Shown in pieces: positions 1 to 7,439 of a stretch of DNA of 64,000 nucleotides. Both the position numbers and the translations under genes were made by a program. The first letter of the stretch is position 1. Every line of letters starts with the position of its first letter. Source of the stretch: a virus; the IMG/VR virus record IMGVR_UViG_3300022934_000003, one strand, 5' to 3'. The notes beneath the pieces were generated by a model. The model did no database searches and had not been told where the DNA came from. It saw only the letters and a program-made list of their open reading frames with translations.

Positions 1-55
1 ATGGTGCATATGATCATAGTATGAAATATTATGTACAATACACCGAAGCGAATCA

Positions 56-370
56 ATGAGTGATATGATTGATCGCATGTTAGGCGACACATTGTGGATT
101 TATACTGCAATTGCTGGCGCTTTACTAGGTGCGGCATTCTTAGCATGGTTTAAAGAAACGCATGCAGGAATATGGTTAAACGGCAAGTTTGATAGTTTTT
201 TAGATTATCTTGCCATTCGCTGGGGTTGGACTTGGTTACAAGAACCAGAAGATGCCTGGCGTAAAAAGTATCCGAAGATTACTAAAAAAATTGATGAGAT
301 TGAGTTACGTCTTAAAAATGTTGAAGGTAAAGCGGGTACTAAAATAATAAGACAAAAGAAGGAGAAATAA
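56..370 (+). CDS. hypothetical membrane protein
   Basis: 104-aa ORF with an N-terminal hydrophobic helix (WIYTAIAGALLGAAFLAWF). Confidence 0.6.
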   Translation: MSDMIDRMLGDTLWIYTAIAGALLGAAFLAWFKETHAGIWLNGKFDSFLDYLAIRWGWTWLQEPEDAWRKKYPKITKKIDEIELRLKNVEGKAGTKIIRQKKEK

Positions 371-371
371 T

Positions 372-590
372 ATGTTAAAACAAGTAGTAGGTTGGATTAA
401 TGAGGCTACATCAGCAGGTGTTGCTTTAATCGCACTAGCAATCGTTTTACAGGTTATCTTTGGTGGTACTGTTCCATTCATCGGTGGCGACGTAATCGGA
501 ACAATCACTGGTATTGTTGCACAACTTGGTTCACAAGGACTAGTTGGTTTAGTAGCAGCAGCTGTATTGTATAAGATCTTTGCTAAATAA
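372..590 (+). CDS. small two-helix membrane protein, resembling a conserved marine bacterial protein
   Basis: AAGGAG SD upstream; almost wholly hydrophobic 72 aa; followed by a terminator. Confidence 0.7.
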   Translation: MLKQVVGWINEATSAGVALIALAIVLQVIFGGTVPFIGGDVIGTITGIVAQLGSQGLVGLVAAAVLYKIFAK

Positions 591-605
591 GACTAAGGTC
601 TTAAT

Positions 606-639
606 AAAAAAAGAGGGAGCTTAATTGCTCCCTTTTTTT
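606..639. terminator. bidirectional rho-independent terminator
   Basis: A7-GAGGGAGC-ttaatt-GCTCCC-T7 between convergent genes. Confidence 0.85.
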
Positions 640-829
640 ATCTAATGTGAGGATCTATATGGTCGTCATTATAAACTTCATCTCCAAGCGCCCTGATTTT
701 TCTGGCTAAACCATTATATCTAAATTGCCAAGTATCAGCTCTTTCTTTTTCAGCTTCATACTTTCCTTTCCAATCAGTTTTTTTAAATTTTTCTGCTTGA
801 AGTTTCCACCAGTTTTTTAAACTTGCCAT
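638..829 (-). CDS. hypothetical protein
   Basis: Start likely MASLK at 829, with AGGAG SD upstream. Confidence 0.6.
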   Translation of the reverse strand: MASLKNWWKLQAEKFKKTDWKGKYEAEKERADTWQFRYNGLARKIRALGDEVYNDDHIDPHIR

Positions 830-840
830 ATTATACTCCT

Positions 841-1134
841 TTAAACACAACCTGTGGGTTTAGGCAAACCACCATATTTAGTAATTGGTTTCATGGGACC
901 TGTCATCCACATTTTGAATACTTCTTTTTTATCCATACCAATTGCCTTTGCAAAATTACGAATAGCAGGAACAGCTGATGTATCCTCATAGATTTCTCTT
1001 GCTTTCATAATATGCTCAATTTTTTCATCAGTTAGTTCATATCCATCTTCTTCTGCCATTGCATTCATAACATCGACAGACCATTCTGACATATCTAACA
1101 AATAACCGTCACCATCTCTTTCTGGTAAACTCAT
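841..1134 (-). CDS. dsrC: DsrC/TusE/DsvC-family sulfur relay protein (single C-terminal Cys)
   Basis: N-terminal D-x-DGYL..W motif and C-terminal GPMKPITKYGGLPKPTGCV; penultimate Cys present, second Cys absent. Confidence 0.9.
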   Translation of the reverse strand: MSLPERDGDGYLLDMSEWSVDVMNAMAEEDGYELTDEKIEHIMKAREIYEDTSAVPAIRNFAKAIGMDKKEVFKMWMTGPMKPITKYGGLPKPTGCV

Positions 1135-1166
1135 AATATACTCCTAGGTATTTAATTAAAAAATAT

Positions 1167-1457
1167 TTATACTTCTTCAGTTGGTTTAAATTCTATTAAC
1201 ATATTTTTAAGATATGGATCACAACCTTTATCTTCTAATCTTGTCATCAACCACATCTCAAATGAGTCTTTGTCCTCGAATGTTCTTTTAAAGTAGAAGG
1301 TCTCGTTGGGTAACTCTCTTTCGAAAGATACCACAACAGGACCAGCATATACATCTTTGATAAACATTACAGCTACAACGACATATGCAATTACCCCCAT
1401 TAGCAATGCCGCTGCCCAACCTGGACAATTCTTTTCGTTACAGCTTGAACCTATCAT
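1167..1457 (-). CDS. hypothetical membrane-anchored protein
   Basis: SD AGGAG; one transmembrane segment near the N-terminus. Confidence 0.55.
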   Translation of the reverse strand: MIGSSCNEKNCPGWAAALLMGVIAYVVVAVMFIKDVYAGPVVVSFERELPNETFYFKRTFEDKDSFEMWLMTRLEDKGCDPYLKNMLIEFKPTEEV

Positions 1458-1471
1458 AGATTTCTCCTATA

Positions 1472-1756
1472 TTACTTCTCTTGTACAGGGAAGTTGTAGT
1501 ATGGTGATGCATAACCATAATTTTTATATGGATTATGCTGATAAGATACAACGTAATCTGGATCGTCAACTTCGTTAATCATATTTACAAATTCAGTTGG
1601 ATACCAACGTGGATCCATCATTGAATATGGATTAAACGAAAAGATACCGTTATCTTCTACATAACCATAGTTGTTGTTATTAAAAGGGCCAAAATCAAAT
1701 GCTGAAGCAGTTGAAACGGCTGTTGCCATAATTGTTGCTAATGCTAGCTTTTTCAT
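1472..1756 (-). CDS. secreted Asn/Tyr/Pro/Gly-rich protein, sulfur globule protein (Sgp)-like
   Basis: Sec signal peptide MKKLALATIMATAVSTASA|F; low-complexity NNNNYGY and PY-rich C-terminus; DNGIFSFNPY..MDPRWY block recalled from SUP05-type proteins annotated as sulfur globule proteins. Confidence 0.6.
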   Translation of the reverse strand: MKKLALATIMATAVSTASAFDFGPFNNNNYGYVEDNGIFSFNPYSMMDPRWYPTEFVNMINEVDDPDYVVSYQHNPYKNYGYASPYYNFPVQEK

Positions 1757-1955
1757 ATCTATTCTCCTATTAAGAATTAAATGATGCTCTTAAAGAGCGG
1801 GTTATAATAATTACGCTACTAGAGCGATTTTTTTACATGTTAGATAATCTAACTATGTTTGTTACTTTTATTTATAATACTAAATTACTATATTATAATA
1901 TTTTAATATTAATTATTTTAATAATAACTATCTATTTTTTAAATAGTTAAATTAT

Positions 1956-2198
1956 TTAAGCGATAAACCAGCGATAGATTCCGAAAATATCTATCCAAAG
2001 AAAGAAAAAGTTTTGTGCAAACATTGGCCAATCTTTTTCTCTTGCAAAATATAATGATAGTAGTACATGTCCTACTAAGAACATCCAGAATCCCCATCGT
2101 GAAGATTCTATATTTGCTGAGAGGATAGTCCCAGCACTTAAAAACATTATTGTTGCTGTCCATTTTGCAAATGACTCATTCATTATAAGCTTGGTCAT
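1956..2198 (-). CDS. small 3-TM membrane protein (PnuC-like half unit)
   Basis: Three hydrophobic helices, ends GIYRW. Confidence 0.5.
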   Translation of the reverse strand: MTKLIMNESFAKWTATIMFLSAGTILSANIESSRWGFWMFLVGHVLLSLYFAREKDWPMFAQNFFFLWIDIFGIYRWFIA

Positions 2199-2392
2199 TA
2201 TACTCCTGCATTTAATGGATGAGTAAGTTCATCTATCATTAGATAAATGTCTTGTTCTATTTCACACCAATCATCTTCTGAATAAAAGAAATCAAAATAA
2301 CCTTCATCAGAAAGACGATTCATGATTTTACCTGAATCAGTCATTCCATCTTCAACAACAAATTTTTCAACAATTTTTTCAAAATTTCGCAT
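2198..2392 (-). CDS. acidic hypothetical protein
   Basis: AAGGAG SD and a sigma70 promoter upstream; stop/start overlap with the next gene. Confidence 0.6.
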   Translation of the reverse strand: MRNFEKIVEKFVVEDGMTDSGKIMNRLSDEGYFDFFYSEDDWCEIEQDIYLMIDELTHPLNAGV

Positions 2393-2423
2393 AATATTAC
2401 TCCTTATTGCATTATATAATCAT

Positions 2424-2452
2424 ATTATAACATAGTATACAGTATTTGTCAA
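2424..2452 (-). promoter_or_regulatory. sigma70-type early promoter
   Basis: TTGACA-17 nt-TATAAT with TGn extension on the minus strand. Confidence 0.75.
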
Positions 2453-2617
2453 CTATTTGTCTTTACCTCTTTCGCGATTAAAATGATCTTTTTCTTTTTG
2501 TGACATTTTAATGTATTTAGCAAAAGAAATGCATTCTACATTACCATTCTTATCTGGTGTAGAACACCACATTCCACTTGATACGATATCAGAATTTTTT
2601 ACCATTTTTACTCCTTT

Positions 2618-2878
2618 TCATTTTATTTTGTTTTGTTTAATGGGTTTATTACCTAAAGCCTTACGTGATTGTTTTTTAAATTGAGCATTCATTTTCTTTT
2701 GCTGTGCTTGCGCTTTTCTAGCTTGTACTTGCCCACGCTTTGTGTAATCAGTACCTTTTTTTGCTTTTTTATTAATTGTACGACGTACATCAAATATAAT
2801 TTTAAATTTTGGAAGGATTTCAATTCTGAACCATCCTACTCTAAAATTAAATCTCATAATCTTATTGTTCCGTGACAA
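2618..2878 (-). CDS. basic hypothetical protein (start uncertain)
   Basis: Lys/Arg-rich ORF in the early cluster. Confidence 0.4.
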   Translation of the reverse strand: MSRNNKIMRFNFRVGWFRIEILPKFKIIFDVRRTINKKAKKGTDYTKRGQVQARKAQAQQKKMNAQFKKQSRKALGNKPIKQNKIK

Positions 2879-3135
2879 GTACCATCATGACCAGTTCTTT
2901 GTCTATTTAATGGTCTCATGCCTGTACTAATTAAATCACCTAAACTAATATCACCAGCGGCTAATACTGCTACTAATAAATCTTGAGCATCATCTATAGT
3001 CATGTGAGTACATCCAGCACGACCACTTTGTACACAATTAATGTTATGTTGAATATCATCCTGCCAAGTATCAACTTGTGGGATTCTAGTATCATCAGGA
3101 GTAACTCCCCAAACTAAAATATCTTTCATAATCAT
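2854..3135 (-). CDS. hypothetical protein
   Basis: Directly downstream of the repeated promoter and an AAGGA SD. Confidence 0.6.
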   Translation of the reverse strand: MIMKDILVWGVTPDDTRIPQVDTWQDDIQHNINCVQSGRAGCTHMTIDDAQDLLVAVLAAGDISLGDLISTGMRPLNRQRTGHDGTCHGTIRL

Positions 3136-3150
3136 TCCTTTTTAATTTTT

Positions 3151-3187
3151 ATAGTTATATTATACACTAGTTCTAAGAAGATGTCAA
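3151..3187 (-). promoter_or_regulatory. repeated 37-bp early promoter, copy 1
   Basis: TTGACA-TCTTCTTAGAACTAGTG-TATAAT-ATAACTAT. Confidence 0.9.
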
Positions 3188-3195
3188 GGCTTTTT

Positions 3196-3666
3196 TTAAA
3201 AAACTATGTATTTTCTTTGATCATCTACCCAATCATCAAATGATCTGTCATCTTGTGGAATATATCTATCATCAGCACCAGCCATTGTATTAATTTTGTG
3301 CTTAATTGATCCATTTAATCTTCTACTTAAAGCATGTTTATGAAAGTGAACTCCAACATGACCATCTTTAGGGTACCACATATCTACAATGTCAGTTTTC
3401 ATAGCAAGCTTATCAATCATATTAAGAGTGTATCCTCCAAGATCAGATTTTTTGGCTTGTGAACCATCAACATTATCCCAACCCCATTTAGGATGGTAGT
3501 GAACAGTATCAAAGATTAATGTTAACTTGTCATCATTGTGCATAACGAAATCAGAATTACATGCGTCTAAAAGATCATTCATAATATCGTTAAGATCATT
3601 ACGATTGTTGACTTTGAACCTTAATCTTGAAGCGTACTTGTCATTATCAGTAAATCTTTTTGCCAT
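3196..3666 (-). CDS. hypothetical early protein
   Basis: 156-aa ORF downstream of the repeated promoter, AAGGA SD. Confidence 0.7.
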   Translation of the reverse strand: MAKRFTDNDKYASRLRFKVNNRNDLNDIMNDLLDACNSDFVMHNDDKLTLIFDTVHYHPKWGWDNVDGSQAKKSDLGGYTLNMIDKLAMKTDIVDMWYPKDGHVGVHFHKHALSRRLNGSIKHKINTMAGADDRYIPQDDRSFDDWVDDQRKYIVF

Positions 3667-3690
3667 TTTTAACGTCCTTGTTTATTAAAT

Positions 3691-3727
3691 ATAGTTATAT
3701 TATACACTAGTTCTAAGAACATGTCAA
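3691..3727 (-). promoter_or_regulatory. repeated 37-bp early promoter, copy 2
   Basis: TTGACA-TGTTCTTAGAACTAGTG-TATAAT-ATAACTAT. Confidence 0.9.
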
Positions 3728-3780
3728 CTTATTTTAATAATATTTTTTTATTATTATAATAAATTATTTTTATAATTTTC

Positions 3781-3857
3781 TGGTGGGCCCACTAGGATTT
3801 GAACCTAGGACCAATGGATTATGAGTCCACTGCTCTAACCAACTGAGCTATAGGCCC
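3781..3857 (-). tRNA. tRNA with CAT anticodon, probably Ile2 (lysidine type) rather than Met
   Basis: GGGCCTA acceptor stem, AGCTCAGTTGGTTAGAGC D arm, CTCATAA loop, GGTTCAAATCC T arm, encoded CCA; resembles ileX-type tRNAs. Confidence 0.9.
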
Positions 3858-3866
3858 AACTTAATT

Positions 3867-4742
3867 TTAAGGGAGTTTAATTTCTAAATTGTATTGATCT
3901 AAACACATGTCTTCTAGTGTTTTTGTGAGAGTAACTAAATTACTTAGATCATCTACTACACTTGCTGTAGCATCACCTTCTCTACGAGGTGCAATTTCTT
4001 TTTCGATTTTAATACCTGTAACTTTTTCCATGCAATCAAGTACTTCTAATACACTATATCCTTCATTACTTCCAAGGCATTCATATGGTGTATTTGCAGG
4101 ACCTGTTTCTACTGCATTTACAATTGCATTAGTGAGATCCAAAATATGAATATAATCACGTATGCAAGTACCATCGCGAGTAGGATAGTCATTACCGTAT
4201 ATAGAGATTTTAGGAAGTTTGTTCGCAGCAACCATAGCAGCAACACGAATAAGATGGGTAGGAGCACCGAGCTGTCTGTTAACGCCATCAGTACCAGAAA
4301 CATTAAAAAAACGGAAGATAGTATACCCATTTGCTTTCTCCTTAATAATATCTTCTGCTGCTACTTTACTTTTAGCATAAGGAGAAGCCATTTCCCAAGC
4401 ACTACTTGTACTTGCAAAAATAAAATGGTCAGTACTTACGTTATCTAACATATTTGCAGTTCCCATAGCATTTACTCTATAGTATTCAGTTGGTTCTGAC
4501 ATACTTTGAGGAACAACACTACGTCCTGCTAAATGTACTACAGCATCAAATTTACCACCAATCTGAGGATCGGTAATATCTATATTATACCAGTCTGGAC
4601 AATAATCTGAAATATCATTATATTCACCATGAATATTAGTATCCCATCCTGTAACATGATGACCATGTTCTTTTAACATTTTACATACATGACTACCGAT
4701 ATAACCAGTTGCACCTGTCACTAAAACATTTTTTACTTCCAT
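3867..4742 (-). CDS. galE: UDP-glucose 4-epimerase (compact GalE)
   Basis: TGATGYIGSH Rossmann motif, YAKSK (YxxxK), FRFFN, GNDYPTRDGTCIRDYIH. Confidence 0.9.
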   Translation of the reverse strand: MEVKNVLVTGATGYIGSHVCKMLKEHGHHVTGWDTNIHGEYNDISDYCPDWYNIDITDPQIGGKFDAVVHLAGRSVVPQSMSEPTEYYRVNAMGTANMLDNVSTDHFIFASTSSAWEMASPYAKSKVAAEDIIKEKANGYTIFRFFNVSGTDGVNRQLGAPTHLIRVAAMVAANKLPKISIYGNDYPTRDGTCIRDYIHILDLTNAIVNAVETGPANTPYECLGSNEGYSVLEVLDCMEKVTGIKIEKEIAPRREGDATASVVDDLSNLVTLTKTLEDMCLDQYNLEIKLP

Positions 4743-4764
4743 AATATAATCTATATTTTTTTTA

Positions 4765-5040
4765 TTAAGAAGGCATAACCAAACCTGTTACGGCTTGTGT
4801 ATAACTCTTAGAAACCTGAGGAGCTGTTTCAGTTACAAAAATTGCATTATTGAAAACTACTTCTTTAGGATTATCTTTACCTGTAAAACAAATACCACGA
4901 GCAAATCCAAGTTGACCTTCGTCATTCATTGTAATCATCTTTGGATTATCAAGTGTTATAACATTATTGCTCATAGTAACTAATTTACCAACATACTCAC
5001 CTGAGGCTGTTTGTACTGTTACAATATCATTCTTTTCCAT
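4765..5040 (-). CDS. hypothetical protein of a type common in T4-like phages
   Basis: True start MEKNDIV at 5040 (AGGA SD); the longer track ORF overlaps tRNA-Cys. Confidence 0.7.
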   Translation of the reverse strand: MEKNDIVTVQTASGEYVGKLVTMSNNVITLDNPKMITMNDEGQLGFARGICFTGKDNPKEVVFNNAIFVTETAPQVSKSYTQAVTGLVMPS

Positions 5041-5066
5041 TTTTATTCCTACTTTTATAATTAAAC

Positions 5067-5142
5067 TGGACTTGGTGACAGGACTCGAACCTGCATAGAA
5101 CGGATTTGCAATCCGATGCATAACCAATTCTGCCACACCAAG
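5067..5142 (-). tRNA. tRNA-Cys(GCA)
   Basis: CTTGGTG/CACCAAG acceptor stem, U discriminator plus CCA, TTGCAAA anticodon loop, GGTTCGAGTCC. Confidence 0.95.
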
Positions 5143-5146
5143 AATT

Positions 5147-5224
5147 TGGCCTCGCCGGGAGGACTCGAACCTCCAACCTACAGCTTAGAAGGCTGTTGCT
5201 TCTATCCGCTTGAGCTACGGCGAG
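5147..5224 (-). tRNA. tRNA-Arg(TCT)
   Basis: CTCGCCG/CGGCGAG acceptor stem, CTTCTAA loop, GGTTCGAGTCC, CCA end. Confidence 0.95.
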
Positions 5225-5228
5225 ATTC

Positions 5229-5660
5229 TTACTTCTTAAATTTAACTGTTCTAGTTACACCATTTTCTGTGAATGTAACTACTGAATGACTATAAACTTC
5301 TTTCTTTTCTTTAGTATAGAGAATAACATCTCTACATTTTTCTACTTGTGTATAGCCAACAACATTGGTTTTGTTACTAACTGAATCAGCTCCAATAAGA
5401 GCACCAAGAACTGTTAATGCATCTTTACCAGATCCACCTCCAAATTGATTGCCAATAACTCCGCCAACAATAGCACCACCTAAAGTTTCAGAAGTAGTTG
5501 GTCTGCGAGTATGGTAAATAGGTTCTTCTACGATATTGCATGTTTGTACAACTTTAGGAACTTTTACTGTTTCCGTTACAAAAATATCTTCAACATCGGC
5601 TGCATAAGCACCAGACGACAGCATTGTTGCTGCAATTGTAGTAAGTAAAGTACGTTTCAT
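5229..5660 (-). CDS. glycine-zipper 2TM domain secreted/membrane protein
   Basis: Signal peptide plus LGGAIVGGVIGNQFGGGSGKDALTVLGALIG. Confidence 0.8.
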   Translation of the reverse strand: MKRTLLTTIAATMLSSGAYAADVEDIFVTETVKVPKVVQTCNIVEEPIYHTRRPTTSETLGGAIVGGVIGNQFGGGSGKDALTVLGALIGADSVSNKTNVVGYTQVEKCRDVILYTKEKKEVYSHSVVTFTENGVTRTVKFKK

Positions 5661-5692
5661 AATCAATCCTTTTTTCAATTTATAGTACCATT

Positions 5693-6058
5693 TTATACCA
5701 TGTTTGTGAGAATGTCAACATAATTTTGCACAAAATTATTAGCATTATTGCTTGAAGGCATATAAAAACTATTATTTACCTGATAAATGCTATTATTTTC
5801 TATCATTATTTGCTTAACTTCTTCTAACATTTTTCCAATAATATAGAGTACTTGATCAAATTCCAAATCTTTTGTACATACCATTAAAGTATATTCCTCT
5901 TCACCATTTTCATAGATTAGGCCATTTTTTCCATCATCGAATGTTTCTGGCCAAGCTTCTACTGTTATTTTATTTGGAAAGATGTCTATTTGTGCACAAA
6001 CATAATTAACAAATTGCTCTGTTAATATGGGATCTATGTTATATGCTTCTACTTTCAT
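5693..6058 (-). CDS. hypothetical protein
   Basis: Translationally coupled to gp52. Confidence 0.6.
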   Translation of the reverse strand: MKVEAYNIDPILTEQFVNYVCAQIDIFPNKITVEAWPETFDDGKNGLIYENGEEEYTLMVCTKDLEFDQVLYIIGKMLEEVKQIMIENNSIYQVNNSFYMPSSNNANNFVQNYVDILTNMV

Positions 6059-7398
6059 TACATTTTATCCAAATCTTTTTTAAATTGATCATTTGGTGTA
6101 GTCGACTTCCAATATGCTAGTCGACTTTGACACTCTTTAATCTCTTGTTGTAGTTCTTTAACCATTTCATCTGTTAGACTTAATATATTTATTCTAAGTA
6201 ATCTATCAATATCTTCAGGAATAGCTTCCGTATTTAATTTAATTTGATTAGCAACATCATCTTTTTTCTTATTTTTAAATTCAATTTTATTATCAAGTAC
6301 TGCTTGAATAAATTGCATTTTAATTTTTAACCATCTTGCTAATTCGCTTTCTTCCATCTTACGAAGATCAATTCTTTTTTGTAAAATACTTAAGCGATAA
6401 TCACAAAAGTCTTTAACGAGCTGGCGTTCGTCAGTATATTCTCTAAGCTTTCCATCAAATCCAATTACAGTTAAATTTTCTGTAAGAGGTTTGCTTAATT
6501 TAAACTTAGAAATAACTTTATCATTATTCCAATTTGCTGATGTATTTTGTTTTAACTTAACTTCAAATTGAAACCCAGTCTTATCGCATTGATCTTCATA
6601 AGATACGATGTCACCTTTATCTTCTAAAGCATCTAGTACTTTAACATATGATTCGCGATCATAACCATATGGAACCTCTGTAATTTGTAGAACCGTTTTA
6701 CTTTTCTTTTCGAAATTACCTAATACGGTATACTTATTTTCAGCTTCATTGTACTTTACAGTTCCGCTGAACTCTGGAAAAGTTATAGGAATTCTACGAG
6801 CAATATTACCAGTATTAAGATACTCGTTACATGCTGTAGAGAGGTCACTAGGGTGACGTGGAAGAATATTTGTAGCAAATCCAGTTGCAATACCTTTAGT
6901 ACCATTTGCTAATACTAATGGAATAACTGGAATATAAAATTTAGGTGGTTCATGTTCAGGATCATCATGTTTAGGTGCTAAGTCGACATCCTGAATATAC
7001 TTATCAAAATTAGAATGAACTTTTGTATAAACATAACGAGGTGCACCAGCTTCTTGTACTAATCTTGTACCAAAAGATCCACGACCTTCAACTAAACAAA
7101 CATTATTGTTCCATGTAGCAGCCATCAATTGACCAGCACCTGCAGCACTTGCTTCACCATGCGCATATCCATAATCAGAGATAATACCTGCAATAGCACT
7201 TACTTTCTTAAAATCTTTTTTAGAATTAAGTAGAGAACTATATAGATAAAATCTTTGTACTGGCTTAAGCCCGTCTATCATATTAGGAATAGCACGTGCT
7301 TCAACAGTATACATAGCAAATGAAAGCCATTCATTGCTTGCTACTTGAGAAATTGGATAATCTGTATTCATAGAGTTATTTGTCTTTAAATCATTCAT
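6058..7398 (-). CDS. gp52: DNA topoisomerase II medium subunit (GyrA/ParC-like)
   Basis: RAIPNMIDGLKPVQR, YAHGEAS, GAPRY catalytic Tyr, PLVLANG.KGIATG. Confidence 0.95.
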   Translation of the reverse strand: MNDLKTNNSMNTDYPISQVASNEWLSFAMYTVEARAIPNMIDGLKPVQRFYLYSSLLNSKKDFKKVSAIAGIISDYGYAHGEASAAGAGQLMAATWNNNVCLVEGRGSFGTRLVQEAGAPRYVYTKVHSNFDKYIQDVDLAPKHDDPEHEPPKFYIPVIPLVLANGTKGIATGFATNILPRHPSDLSTACNEYLNTGNIARRIPITFPEFSGTVKYNEAENKYTVLGNFEKKSKTVLQITEVPYGYDRESYVKVLDALEDKGDIVSYEDQCDKTGFQFEVKLKQNTSANWNNDKVISKFKLSKPLTENLTVIGFDGKLREYTDERQLVKDFCDYRLSILQKRIDLRKMEESELARWLKIKMQFIQAVLDNKIEFKNKKKDDVANQIKLNTEAIPEDIDRLLRINILSLTDEMVKELQQEIKECQSRLAYWKSTTPNDQFKKDLDKM

Positions 7399-7439
7399 AT
7401 AATAATATTATAACATGTTTTAGTTTAATGTCAACAAGT

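Noticed and set aside
3867-4742. galE and glf as an LPS/serotype-conversion cassette
   Set aside because: Not excluded, but disfavoured: there are no membrane polymerase, flippase or bactoprenol GT genes, and glf is coupled to a BGT-like gene in a nucleotide-modification cluster.
5041-5136. N-terminal extension of track ORF 4765..5136
   Set aside because: It overlaps tRNA-Cys; an SD supports the start at 5040.
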